From: the human T2T-CHM13v2.0 reference genome, Homo sapiens
Direction: 5' to 3' (one strand)
Assembly (NCBI RefSeq): GCF_009914755.1
Contig: NC_060946.1
Length of the DNA stretch: 64,000 nucleotides
Part shown: positions 38,801 to 52,041 of the stretch, piece by piece
Layout: the number at the start of each line of letters is the position of its first letter
Numbering within the stretch: the first letter of the stretch is position 1
The notes under the pieces: generated by a model
The model's database searches: none
What the model was told of the DNA's origin: nothing
Seen by the model: the letters and a program-made list of their open reading frames with translations, nothing else
Position numbers and translations under genes: made by a program

Positions 38801-40806
38801 AGTGGTATCCTGCTGGGATGCAACTCAAATGCCTTCACTGGGAACTGCTCCCCCACCAGCCCCACACTGAAGGGCTGGCTCTACCACTCACAGGAGCTGG
38901 CAGGGCAGGCAATGAGACAACCCTACTGCCTCTAATGCAGTAGATAAAATTAATGCAGGGCCAACCCTCATATCAGAGTGGTTTTTCAGTTACCTGGACA
39001 AGTGCCAAGGGAGGGGCCCCTGGGGCCACCAGCCCAAAGACCACAGAACTGAGTGGAGCTCTCTATGTGCAGGAGACACACACAGAGATCAACTGATCCT
39101 TGGAGCTTGGGAGATTTCCAGGATTTCTGGGCCACTGACACTGTTTCTATAAAGCCCTCTTTGGCCATCTCAGTTCCTTTCCAGGCTAAGCAGTGAAAGC
39201 CAAGTCTTAGTTCTCCAGGCCTGGGCCTTCCTGAGTAATTTACAGGACTGGTGTGAGGGACAATGTCAACCCACCAGCCAACTGCCCAGATTTCCCCTCC
39301 TGGCGAGTGAGGCCAAGCCACTTCATTTCTATGTTTGAAGCCCATGTAAAAGAAACAGAGATTGTCAGTTTCAGAAACCGACTCTGTCCCTTCAGTCCTG
39401 GAACCTCAGGCCTCATCTGGTGACTATGGGGTCTCAACTTACAGTTTAGCTCTCAAAACAGCCAGACAGAGCACCAAATTGAAAGGCTACAAATGAGAAG
39501 TATCGTCCCCACTGCCCCAGTGACTTGGCTTCTTGCGTACCTAGTTCTCTTCTCAGTTTAATAGGTAATAGATTTATATGGCTCAAATTCAAAGCATGCC
39601 CAGGGGCTCCAGAGAGAAGGCTCCCTCCTGTTGCCTCCCTCCACAGGGTAATCCTTTCTCAAATTCACTAGATCACTGCATCCAGACAGGGAGACACTGG
39701 ATCCCTCGTTCATCATGGCTGCGTTCTTACCCCTCCCTAACTCCTTCCCAAACATAGCTACATCCCTTCCACTGTTATATAACCCTCCAATTTTGGCCGG
39801 TCAGGGAGATGGATTCAAGACTTATCTCCCATTCTCCTTGGCTGCAGCACCTGAATAAAGCCCTTCCTCCCGGCAGTGATTGGCTGTGCAGCATGCAATG
39901 GGACCCAGACAAAACCCCTGGTGTTTCAGTAACACATTCAGACTGTGGAACAGATTAACCCCGGCTCCCTAGAATTTGTTTTCTGAAGAACAAACAAACA
40001 AGGCAATAATGTCTTATGAAAATACATCAGTAACCTTAAGCCTGTAAACCCCATCCATCTGTAGGGCACCCCATCTCACAGCAAAGCATGGGTGACAGCT
40101 GTGTGCTGAGAAGAGTCGGAAAAGGAGCCATGCTTCCAAGAATGTCTCCCTCATAACATGATGAGATGAGTCCTTAGTGAATTGCCAACCAAAACAAAAA
40201 ACACAGCTGCTAAAAAAGAAGGTTCCTCCTTTGGAATCCTTGTACTACCATATCAAAATATTGAGAAGGAGCATCTCTTGTATTGACAGTAAGGATGCTG
40301 ATGACTATTAGTGAATAAAAAGCCAGAATGAAGGACATGAACTTACACACATTTAACATTTCGGCACAGGTCAAGTAACTACAATAACCTATATACAAGA
40401 CAAACAAGACAAAGTATATTTAGAATACATGCGATGAGTATTGATGCAGAAATGGACATTTCTCAGAATAAGATATGACTTTACAGATACCATACAGAGA
40501 ATATGATTTCATGCAGATGGAGAAGATGTGGTGGGAGTTGTGGGAGAGCAATAGAAAATACATTTCCTGGCTGGGTGCAGTAGCTCACATCTGTAATCCC
40601 AGCACTTTGGGATGCCAAGGCCAGGAGTTCAAGACCAGCCTGAGCAACGTGGTGAGACCCTGGTCTATATAAAATATATTTTTAAAAAGTTTCCTGTACC
40701 TAGAAACAAATCCAAGATGTACTCTACAGAGAACCTCTACAGAGAAAACTAACACCCTGAACGTTATTGGAGAACTAAATAAATGAAGAGACTGACCATG
40801 TCTCTG

Positions 40807-41314
40807 TGTTGGGAACAGGCCCCCCAAAATCTGGCCATAAACTGGCCCCAAAACCGGCCATAAACAATATCTCTGCAGCACTGTGACATGTTCATGATGG
40901 CCATAACACCCATGCTGGAAGGTTGTCGGTTTACCAGAATGAGGGCAAGGAACACCTGGCCCACCCAGGGCGGAAAACTGCTTAAAGGCATTCTTAAACT
41001 ACAAACAATAGCATGAGTGATCTGTGCCTTAAGGACATGTTCCTGCTGCAGATAACTAGCCCAACCCATCCCTTTATTTTAGCCCATCCCTTTGTTTCCC
41101 ATAAGGTATACTTTTAGTTAATCTAATATCTATCAATGCTAATGACTGGCTTGCTGTTAATAAATACGTGGGTAAATCTCTGTTTGGGGCTCTCAGCTCT
41201 GAAGGCTGTGAGACCCCTGATTTCCCACTTCACACCTCTATATTTCTGTGTGTGTGTCTTTAATTCCTCTAGCGCCGCTGGGTTAGGGTCTCCCCGATTG
41301 AGTTGGTCTCAGCA
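40807..41314 (+). mobile_element. HERV-K(HML-3) solo LTR (MER9)
   Basis: TGTTGGGAACAGGCCCCC...GGTCTCAGCA, perfect 6-bp TSD TCTCTG, inserted into an L1 relic. Confidence 0.88.
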
Positions 41315-41946
41315 TCTCTGTACTGGAGGCAATATTGTGCTCGTAACAGTTCTGTCTGGTTGATGATTCAGCACAGTCCCAATCGAAATTCTAACAGATT
41401 TTTCTATGGGAATTGACAACCTAATTCTAACATTTATATGAGACTCTAAATGACCAAGAAGAGTCAAAACATTTTCTTGTAGAAGGCAAGGTGTGAGGAT
41501 TTGCTTTTTCAATGTTAAGACACATGATCAAGCTACACAATTAAGGCAAAGTGGAATCAGAACATGGCAGACAACAGACCAATGGAAAAAAGAGCAATCC
41601 AGAAACAGACCTCTCCACACACATGGACACAATATCAGACTGGGGGAGCATTGAAATCCACATGAAAAGAAGAACTCATTCAACTAGGGGTGCTGGGCAG
41701 CTGGCTACCATGTAAGGAGAAACATCAAACTGGGCTCCTATTTAACTCCCACACAAAAGTCAGTTCTACATAGATTACAGCCATAAAGAAAAGGCCACAA
41801 AGATCTTAAAAGATGGTGTAGAAGAATATCATCTTTATGATTTAAGTAAGATAAAATGAGTACATACAATAAGGAAAGATTGACACACTATTAGTGAGAC
41901 ACCGTAAGAATGAAAGACATGCTACAATTTCTGCAACTTATCTTAA

Positions 41947-42544
41947 TGCAAGTGAGCCCCAAAACTGGGGCTCAGCCTGAGAGCATTCTTGGCTTTGCAC
42001 AGGAAATAATTTGAGAGTGACCCAACAGAAAAGAGTGAAAGCAAAGCAAGTTTATTAGAGCAACAGAGTACAGAAAAGTGGGTTTCATAGAGCATCCATA
42101 CAGGTGGATGGGGTTTACAGGGCTACCCCATAGGCAGAGCAGCACTCTTGGACTACCAGCTATCTATATGTATAGCTACTTCTTATTATATGCTAAATAA
42201 GGGGCAGGTTATTCATGAATTTTCTAGCAAAGGGATCCGGAGTTCCTGGAACTGAGGGTTCCTCCCCCTTTTAAATCACATAAGATAACTTTTGGGTATT
42301 GCCGTGGCATGTGTAAACTGTCATGGTGCTGGTGGGAATGTCTTTTAGCATGCATTATCACTAGCATATAATGAGCAGTGAGGGACAAAAGTGAGGTCAC
42401 TTTTGTTGCCATCTTGGTTCCAGCTGGTTTCAGCTGATTTCTTCACTGCATCCTGTTCCGACCAGATTCTGTTTTGATCAGCGGGATCATGACCAAGGTC
42501 TTGACCAGTGCTTGGAAAACAAGTTCTGCTGATCTCCTATCTCA
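41947..42544 (-). mobile_element. ERV1 LTR, MER41/MER66-related
   Basis: Minus strand TGAGATAGGAGATCAGCAG ... CCTCACTGCTCATTATATGCTA ... CCCTCAGTTCCAGGAA, matching the recalled MER41-group core. Confidence 0.72.
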
Positions 42545-45500
42545 ACATTACATTATTAGGAAACCCTATTTAAAAAAATGAGCAAAGGACTTTAGAAGCC
42601 ACTTCACAAAACAGAATATCCAATGGAAAAGTTGTTCATCGTCAGTAGAAATCAGGGAAATAAGAACCACCATGACACACCACTACTAACCTCCTCAGCT
42701 GTAACGTGCCCACAATCCCACTCCTCGATATATTTATCCCGGAGAAACTTGTATCTCGAAGCAACCCAATGTCCATCAATAATTGGATAAATTATGCTTG
42801 TTCATTCATGGAATATTCAACAGCAGTGAAATGAACAAGCTATAGGTACAAATATCACCACGGTCAAATCTCATAAACATATTGAGCAAAAGCCACAAGA
42901 TATATATATATAATGCAGTTCCATTTATATAAAGTTTGAAAACAAGGACCCCCAAACTGTACTGTTCAGAGGACCACGTGTAGGTGGGAAAATTGTGATG
43001 AAAGCCAAGAAATGATTTCTATCACTGTCAGGACAGCGGTCCCACTGGCCAGGGGCATTTGGGAGGTGGCAGGGTGCTGCAGTATTTTTCTCTCTGTTCT
43101 TACAAGTGCCTATATATATTTATTAAACCTTATGCATTTATGCATTTTTCCATATCTCATACTCCCTGATACAAAAGTTAACATGCACAGTAGAAGGGAG
43201 TGAAGAGGAAGTGAAGAGCACCACCACCAGGCCGACCGTTGGGTACCGTGCCATGCAGAAGCACTGCCCAACTGCCCCATCCCACTAAGACCTTGCCAGA
43301 CACTGGCCCATACGGAGGGCTGTTCCCACTTTGTTGGCCTCTTCCCCAGCCCACCCCCAGCCTCCCTGAGCTTCCCACCACAGTGTTTCTGCTGGGAGTG
43401 GGGGCCGTTCTTCCTCACCTCCTTGTTTCCCCATGAGGTGCTTATGTCCCTAAACAAGCACCTCCTTAGCGCCCCCCGTCTAGCTCAGTCTTTCTGGGCC
43501 CTGCTTTGCTGTGTGCTCCCTGCCTTCTGGCATGTGCTATGACCCTCACAACTGTGGTGGAGGCCCCAGGATTGGAATGGGAAGAAAGGCGTGTTCTATT
43601 TAAGCCCCCTTAAATCCAGCAGAGGCTTTGAGCTTTGAGTCCTCAAGTAACCACATAAAGTCTGAGGCTTTGGGGATGCCTGGTGTGTGCGCGGGGGCTT
43701 CACGGGGACCACACTGGCTTCTGGCCTTGGCAGTTCCCCACAGAGCTTTGGAGCCACGAGCTGATCCTTACAGTCTTAGGGTTGGCTTTTAACTAGTGGC
43801 CCAGGCCGGAGGTTCCATCTTGCTGGTATAAAGTAAGGTCCATGTGGGGATATGACCTTTGGCAACTCAGGGCAGTGCTTTGGGGATGGTCACAGCTCAG
43901 AGCCGTGTTCTCTGACTCCTGCACGGGCCTCCTATTAATCCAAAGAGAGACAGTGCAGAGGAGGCTACAGAAGGGTCCCAACCTCTGAGGCATGAATGGA
44001 GGAGGGCAGGCCCAGGCTTGCTGCCTTTACTGTGTTCTCAGCCAGGTCTGAGATCACCACTTCCAACTGCGAAGGCAGCAAGGGGCCGGTGCAACCTGGT
44101 ATGAGTCTTGTACCACCCACAGTGGAGTTGTGCCAGATGAGCTGTCCTCAAAGCCTCCTGCCAGAACAGGGACTGGGGAGGGTCCCTCCTGAGCCCACGA
44201 AACACATCCCTAGGTCTGCTGAGTTAGTCCCCTTGTGCGGCTCAGCTTGGCTCTCGATTTGTGCCTTACATACATTTTGTTTTAATTTGTTGTTTCTTTT
44301 TAGAGACAGGGTCTCTCCCTGTTGCCCATGCTGCAATGCAGTGGTGCAATCAAGCTCACAGTAACCTTGAACTCCTGGGATTAAGCCATCTTCCCGCCAC
44401 AGCTTCTTGAGTGGCTGAGACTACAGTTTTGTGCCACCATGCCCAGCTAATTATATTTTTATTTTTGTAGAGACAGGATTTCACTAGGTTCCCCAGGCTG
44501 GCCCTAAGTGATCTTCCCGCCTTGGCATCCCAGAATATTACAGGGATCACAGGTATGAGCCACCGTGCCTGGCTATTACGTACATTTTGACCCAGGAATT
44601 GGGAGACTAAAGTCGTGGCTTTGCCCACAGAAAGGTAAGAGTTTGTTAATGGACAACAGCATTAAAAGGAATCAGGGCCCTTCAGAGAATATGCTATTTT
44701 CTTGGGTTGAGATAGAGAAACAATGAAATCAATACGCATCCAAAGCTAGCAAGGGCCATACAAATGGCTTGTGCTGAGAACCGTCTGTCCCAGGGAATTG
44801 GGTTTACTTGGGAGATCCAGAAGGAACTGGAATGGTTTGAAAAACACACCACAGTCTTACCCTTAGAATGGGAGCAGTGGTGTCAGGAGGCAGGCTGTGC
44901 AGAGATGAGGGATCATGGGACCCTGGAGTGGGCCAGACCAACTTAGGGGACAGGAAAGCTCCCTGATGTGAGGGGAGGGCAGACGTTGGGAACAGACAAG
45001 GTCACCACCAGGGAACCAGGTGACCCAGAACACTCTTGAGGGGGGGCCATTCAATGCTGCAGACAGCAACTCCGTAAGAATCAGAAGCCATTCCATGAGC
45101 CAGGGCAGCCCTCAGAGGCTGTAGGGAATTTGGGCAAATTAAAGGACAGAAGATCAGCATCAAACATTGAAAATATTTTAGGTATACCTGGGGACAGCAT
45201 AGTTACTGTGGGTGGGTGTCTGGGGTTGCTCAGGACCTAAGGGAATGCATTTTTTAAATGTAGGGATTAGGTGTCAAGGAGGGCTCAGTGGAGTCCTCCC
45301 TGAGGAGAGCACAGCCAGTCAGGAGAGAGGGGCTGACGGCAGGGAGGCTGATGGCCATGGCCGCCATCTCTTGGGCGCAGCTGTGGGACTGTTTCAACAG
45401 CAATTCTTGTGGCAAACCTGGGATTGCCTGGTTTTGTTTTCTGTTGCCAGGGGAGACCCCCAAGTGACAAAATCTAGAGGAACAGATCAGAAAAAGTAAA

Positions 45501-47682
45501 TATATGGGCCGGAAAGCAAAGAGAAAGTAAAAGGAGGGAAGGCACTGGGGTTGAACACAAATGACCAGCCCTGTGTGTGAAGACTGCCAGCAGCCAGCAC
45601 AACTGCCAGGGCCCCAGCTGAGCCATGCTGGGGATGCAAGCCAGCAGTCGCATGAGGAAGCACAGCTGTGGACATCTGTCCCCAACTGCTGACAACTGTG
45701 CTGCGGAAACAGTGCTGCTCAGGACTGGGAACATCCCCAGTGGAGGACAGCTAGTGTCCTGAGAGCCAGTGGGACACAGCCACTGCTCCCTGGTGCTCAG
45801 CTCAGCAACCTGCTGGGCTGTGCTGCACTGACTGGGGCAGGATCTCTTAGGACTGAAGACATCCATGCAATGGGCATACAGAGGGAAATGGAAATGATGA
45901 GATTTCACACATATGAAAAGGAGAAGGTATTATAAATAAGACCCAGGCAGGTGATGACTGCTTGTACAGATACGCTCAGGGAGGAGGACAGCAGAAATTG
46001 CTTCCTGCTCCACCCCAGCGGGGTCGCCAGGGCTAATGCTAACCCTCCACCTGGTTAGATATGCTGTGGGGTCTAGGGTTTGTCTTCCCTGTCTACTCTC
46101 TTTCCATCAGCTGCCAGGGCATTCCTGCTGGAGTACTGAGGTAGCAGGAAGAGAGGGCTACATGGGGCTGGGTCCGGGATCCTGGAGACATCTCATGGCC
46201 TGCACCCTGCTCTAAGGACTTCCCTGTGGTTGGCGAGCAGGAGGCTGAGGCTATCACCATCTGCTCATTCCTAGTAACTCTGGGTCTTTTAAAACTGGAG
46301 CACATGGCAGGCTAGTGAAAATGCTGAGATGTGGAGAGAAGGATCTCACTTTCCAGGACACCCAGCCCTCCCGTGCCTACTGGGCCACTTTGCTCACTGG
46401 GTGAGCACAGAGCCTCGGGGAGGAGGTTAACACCACTGGGCTCTGACGGATCCCTGGGCTCTCTTTGATTGCTTTGGGCTTGAATCCTTTGACCTTAAGA
46501 CTTTTTTTTCCCTTTGGACTTTAACCTAAAAGGACAAGGGAACTTAATTTTTTGACTTGAATTTGACCCTAGGAAATGTATGAAAGACATTTCTAGGTTG
46601 ACTTTTTATCTGGGTATCTGGCATCTTATATATCTGCAGAACCTCTGACTCAAATTTGAACTTTGAGGTTGGACCTAATTTAGGATGGGAAAGTAGGAAG
46701 AGTAGTAAAAGAATGTGTCGTCTGGGGTCCAGGCTACCCTTGGAATTAAATAGCATTGAATGATGACCCATTCCAAGTCCTGGGTGGGGGGAATCTATGC
46801 TGCCCCGAGGTCTCCAAGGGGGAGTAGATAACACAGGGGCAACTGGGCTTAGCAAGTAGCAGCAATATCGCTGACCCCTGAGTTCAGGAGCAGGGGGCAG
46901 TTTCAACTCGGCTCCTTGGGTCTTCCCTTGGGATTTGGCCACTTTGCCATGTGGGTGTCCAGCAGTGCCCTCTAATCTGGGGTGAAGCAGAGCAGCCTGC
47001 CCAACTTGTGAAGGTCTCTCTCCACCACCCCAGACCCCTAGGAACTCCCAACTGACTGCTGATATCAGACCTCCTGCCTCTGTCTGGGCCCTAAGGAAGT
47101 GGTGTCCTATGTGGTCCCCACCCCACTCTGGGACTCCTCCCTCCTTTTTATCCCCAATGCTACAGTCAGCCTCGGTATCACTCCCGATTTCCGCAGGCCT
47201 GTCCCAGAACCCCTTACACCTGTTTTCTCTTCTGGAAGTGAACCCTGAGCTAACATTTTAGGTAATTTTTTTTAAGGACCCACTCTGTCCATATTGCAAG
47301 AGGCAGAATATGTTCTGATAGCGGAGGCCATGGGGAGCGGGAGAGGGAAGAGGAGAGCTTACAACAGATATCACCCACTGTCCATGCTGTGAGCCTGCGG
47401 TCCCCTGCTGCTGGGGCCTCTGCAGGGAGTTGGTGAGCCTGATCCCTGGACCTAGAGACTGAAGTGAGGCTTTGCAGTCCCTCGCTGAGTGAGACCCCTT
47501 GCCGATCCCTGCCTGGTGGGCTCCCAAGGCCCCCCTGTTGCAGCCCCTGCTGAGCATCCTCCTGCATGCACTTTCCAACCTTGGGGGACCCTTCTCCTGG
47601 TCCCCCCAGCCTTAGCTGGTTCTCTTCCCTGAAGGCCCCCGGAGGCGTAGGCTGGGCTACCCCAGCAGCGGGGGCCTGGCTA

Positions 47683-48647
47683 TGTGGGGAAAAGAAAAAG
47701 AGATCAGATTGTCACTGTGTCTGTGTAGAAAGAAGTAGACATAGGAGGCTCCATTTTGTTCTGTACTAAGAAAAATTCTTCTGCCTTGAGATGCTGTTAA
47801 TCTATGATCTTACCCCCAGCCCCGTGCTCTCTGAAACATGTGCTGTGTCCACTCAGGGTTAAATGGATTCAGGGCTGTGCAGGATGTGCTTTGTTAAGCA
47901 GATGCTTGAAGGCAGCATGCTCGTTAAGCGTCATCACCACTCCCTAATCTCAAGTACCCAGGGACACAAACACTGCGGAAGGCCACAGGGACCTCTTCCT
48001 AAGAAAGCCAGGTATTGTCCAAGGTTTCTCCCCATGTGATAGTCTGAAATATGGCCTCATGGGAAGGGAAAGACCTGACCGTACCCCAGCCCGACACCCA
48101 TAAAGGGTCCGTGCTGAGGAGGATTAGTATAAGAGGAAGGCATGCCTCTTTGCAGTTGAGACAAGAGGAAGGCATCTGTCTCCTGCCCGTCCCTGGGCAA
48201 TGGAATGTCTCGGTATAAAACCCGATTGTATATTCCATTTACTGAGATGGGGAAAACCGCCTTAGGGCTGGAGGTGGGACATGCGGGCAACAATACTGCT
48301 CTGTAAGGCATTGAGATGTTTATGTATATGCACATCAAAGCACAGCACTTAATTCTTTACCTTGTCTATGATGCAGAGACCTTTGTTCACGTGTTTATCT
48401 GCTGACCTTCTCTCCACTATTATCCTATGACCCTGCCACATCCCCCTCTCTGAGAAACACCCAAAAATGATCAATAAATACTAAGGAACTCAGAGGCTGG
48501 CGGGATCCTCCATATGCTGAACGCTGGTCCCCTGGGTCCCCTTATTTCTTTCTCTATACTTTGTCTCTGTGTCTTTTTCTTTTCCAAGTCTCTCGTTCCA
48601 CCTAACGAGAAACACCCACAGGTGTGGAGGGGCAACCCACCCCTTCA
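47683..48647 (+). mobile_element. HERV-K(HML-2) solo LTR, LTR5A/5B-type
   Basis: Starts TGTGGGGAAAAG, ends CCACCCCTTCA, 965 bp, with TATAAAA and AATAAA; flanks GGCTA/GGCTG. Confidence 0.92.
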
Positions 48648-49964
48648 GGCTGCATCAGCAACTCAGTTATCCAGGCGCAGGTTCTAGGGTACCCACGTGT
48701 TGAGCTCAGTCCCTCTGACTCCCAAGCCAGGACTCTGTCTGACGGCACCTGCTTCGGTCAGGGCGCGGGAGATTGGCCTGGGCAGGCTCTTCCTCCCAAG
48801 GCAGGGTCAGTGTTGAGTAAAGGCCAGGACCATTTCCCCAGACAGGCAAGGCAGGGCCCAGGCCTGGGTCCAGGGCCTCTAAGTCCACGTCCCCACTTTG
48901 GCCACATGGGTCATGAGGGGTTTCTGTGTGAGTGGCCTTTTACACTTTCCCAAGCAATTTCCCCAGACATTATCTCATGTTATCCTCATGAGGACCACCC
49001 TGTGAGGTAGGAATTAGCAACCCTGTTTTAAAGGGGAAACTGAGGTAAGGTATGAAGCTTTCCTGGCAGGGCCAGCCTCTGGCACAGCAACAGGGGGACA
49101 GTGAGGATGGCCAGATCTGGGTGCCCCTCCCCACTGCCTTCTCTTCCAAGCTACAGTCTTTTATTCAAATTCTTCTCCTCTTTTTCTCTCTCATTTCCCC
49201 TCCCCGGCTGCCATGTTTTTTATGCTTGTGGATGTCTCATGCAAGAGTGTTCAATAGCTCCTCCCAGCAGTCTTAGAAGGGAGTGTAAAGATGACCAGAC
49301 ACGGAACCCCGAGAGTTCACTGGGGGTTCCCAAAGGCATGTATAGGATCCAACGTGTTTTTTCTGCCTCCCACTCTGCCCCCTTTCAAGAAGTGCACCTG
49401 TGGTTCAAAGTTCAGCTTTTACTGCCGGTGCATGTGTAGGAGAGGACAGGGCAGGCTAGAGCCCTGCTAAGGGCCAGAGAATCTCATCCCACCCAGAGGA
49501 GGGTTCTTTTAGGCGGTGGGTACAAATCTCAGAACATCCCCACTGTATTGTTGAGAGGGTGAGGTGGGACATGTTGGGGGAAGAGCGAGCTGCAACCGGT
49601 GCAGCTGCGATTATTCAGAGCAGAGGTGGCTTCAGAGACAACATTAAGCTTAACCCTCAGGGGCCCTCTTTGCCTTGGGAGGAGCCCTATCAATGCTTTT
49701 GTCATGTGCTTTTGGAAAATATGTAGAAGACATTTTTACAAGTTGGTTGAGGCCCAGTGTCTCTTTTCAGTTCATATTCTCCCTCTGTCACGCGTCTGTC
49801 CTGTTGGAATGGCTGTGGCTATTTTGGATATGGCTAAGGGAGAAGGTAAAATTGGGGATCATTTTGTATGAGTTTAGTGGGACACATTTCTGGGCTTTGA
49901 AGTCACTTCTGTATCTACTAAAAATTGTTATAGTTATCTTTGTGCATAAATTACTTCTGGCTGA

Positions 49965-50438
49965 TGTAAGCAAATCCCCGTATCGGGACTCAGCCGGGGA
50001 GGGTTTTTGGCTTTGCTCAGGAAGGAATTCAAGAGTGAGCTAACAGACAAAACTGAAAGCAAAGCAAGTTTATTAAAGCAACATTGTACAGCAAAATGGC
50101 TGCTCCACAGACAGAGCAGGGCTACCCCACAGGTAGAATAGCACTCCAGGATTGCTGGCTAGCTATATTTATACCCACTGCTAATTATATGCTAAATAAG
50201 AGGCAGGTTATTCATAAACTAGGAACAGGAAGTTCCTGGAACCATATAAGATAATTCCTGGGTTATTGCCGTGGGATCATTTGTAAACTGTCATGGCCCT
50301 GGTGGGAGTATCTTATGCAAATGCATTTTAATTCCTATTCCGAGCTGGTTTTGGCCATTCTTTGTTATTGTTATGTTCTGTTTTGATCAGCAGGGTTTTG
50401 ACAGGTGCTTGGAAAAATCCTGCTGATCTCCTCCCTCA
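49965..50438 (-). mobile_element. ERV1 LTR, MER41/MER66-related (second copy)
   Basis: Shares AAAGCAAAGCAAGTTTATT, TATGCTAAATAAG and AGTTCCTGGAAC blocks with 41947-42544. Confidence 0.7.
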
Positions 50439-50765
50439 CAGGGACATGCCTACTGCCAAAGGAGAGACGGAATTATCTTTCTATTCTCCCCATAGGAAAT
50501 ATTACAAAATCACTGTCACACGAAAATGTGATCAAAGAGTCTGCAGCCAAGAAATATGGGGGGGACAGAGTGTTTTAAAGGCGAAGGTGTGTCTGTCACT
50601 TAGTAAAAATGTCAGGATTCTTTTTTTTCTGGAGTTTGTGGTGTTTGTCGGCTTTTCAAAATTTGTCATTCCTTTTCTTAATCTAAATAATCATTTTATA
50701 GAGAAAAAAAATTACTCATCAGTGTTGATGATGCCCTGGTTTTCTGTTCAGCTTTGTTTTCCAAT

Positions 50766-50950
50766 CAACTCTTCACCCAAGACTCAATCCTCCACCCTCC
50801 AACTCTTCATCCAAGACTCAATTCACCCAACACTCAATCCTCCACCCTCCAACTCTTCACCCAAGACTCAATCCTCCACCCTCCAACTCTTCACCCAAGA
50901 CTCAATCCTCCACCCTCCTCCAACTCTTCACCCAAGAGTCAATCCTCCCC
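50766..50950. repeat. 34-bp minisatellite CAACTCTTCACCCAAGACTCAATCCTCCACCCTC, about 6 copies (two partial)
   Basis: Direct tandem repeats visible in sequence. Confidence 0.88.
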
Positions 50951-52041
50951 TCCCAGTGTTTACTGATCAGCCTCCTATCAGCTATTAATGGGACCTCAAA
51001 CATTCTCCATGGCTCTGTTCTCACGCAATGCAATCTGCTAATCTCTAGGAACTGCAGACCCCACTTAATGCATTTAAATTATGTATAATGTGACCCAATA
51101 GCTTCTTTATCCCAAGCTTATTGATTCCTATAAGAATCATCATCCTCAAGTCACACATGAGGAAACTGAGGCCAAGGCCAATGCTAAGGCTGATGGAAGT
51201 GACAGATGTTGAAGATGACACAGCATGACACGAGGGATGAGGTCAAGGCTATCGATGAGGTCAAGACAGCTGTTGTGCTTTGTCCCAAGGCCATTCCAGT
51301 TGGTGACAAAATAACTATAACAGATTCCTGGCCAGGGCTTCTCCCTCAGAGCAGCTGCCTCCTACTGGAGTCAGAAATGCCTTGGTTTATATAGTTTCAT
51401 TCATAGGCTGTCTTAACTCTATTTAAGCAGAAAAGGGCTGAAATGTCTTGCCCAAGATCCCTCAGCTAGTAAGTGACAGATGCAGGTTTCAAATCCAGGT
51501 CGCTGGACTCAGGGCAGGGCCAGGGGGAATGAGGGCAAACAGACTGGCAGCTGATCAAACTGACACTGCCTTCCTGGTAAAGGGGACAGTGAGGAGAAAT
51601 TGACAATAGCAGGAGGCTCTGACCACAACAGGCTGCCTCCAGTCTCTTCTCTCACCAGTGGCCCCCAAAGCCACGTGAGTTGGGCTTTCTGACCACACTT
51701 TATTGCATTTGCAGACCCTACATGCTTTAAACACACTTTTAGTATCTCACTGGGTCTCTAACAACCCCAGGAGTGGGCAGGGCAATAATTATTTCACAGT
51801 TGACAAAGCAGCTTCACGAAAACATTGGGAGCTCAATAACTTCCCTATTGGGATGCACCCCCAGGAGCTGTTCAGTTAATGTCATAGCAGGTTCAGGGAA
51901 TGGGCTTAAACCCCAAGATATCCTACACCATTTTGTACACAGCAGGTTCTGTAGGGAGAAAACCAACAAGGTCTTCCCGGAGGGAATGGGCTTAAACCAC
52001 AAGATATCCTATACCATTTTGTAAGCCTCCCTGTGATCATT

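Larger units (their letters stand above)
40100..43170 (+). mobile_element. old L1 ORF2/3' fragments (host of the MER9 and MER41-like LTRs)
   Basis: A-rich degenerate L1 sequence (ATTGACAACCTAATTCTAACATTTATATG, CAACCCAATGTCCATCAATA). Confidence 0.6.

Noticed and set aside
47260-47435. Plus-strand Cys-rich stretch (DPLCPYCKR...HCPCC) and possible GSTT/DDT pseudogene fragment
   Set aside because: Has internal stops, no matching neighbouring exons, and no GST-theta or DDT motif recognised anywhere in the window.
50362-50988. 208-aa ORF; also possible CRISPR-like repeats
   Set aside because: The ORF runs through an LTR end and the 34-bp tandem repeat. The repeats have no unique spacers, there are no cas genes, and the DNA is eukaryotic.
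51895-52023. 43-bp direct repeat AGGGAATGGGCTTAAACC...CCATTTTGTA
   Set aside because: Most likely an internal repeat of the host LTR; no independent function evident.
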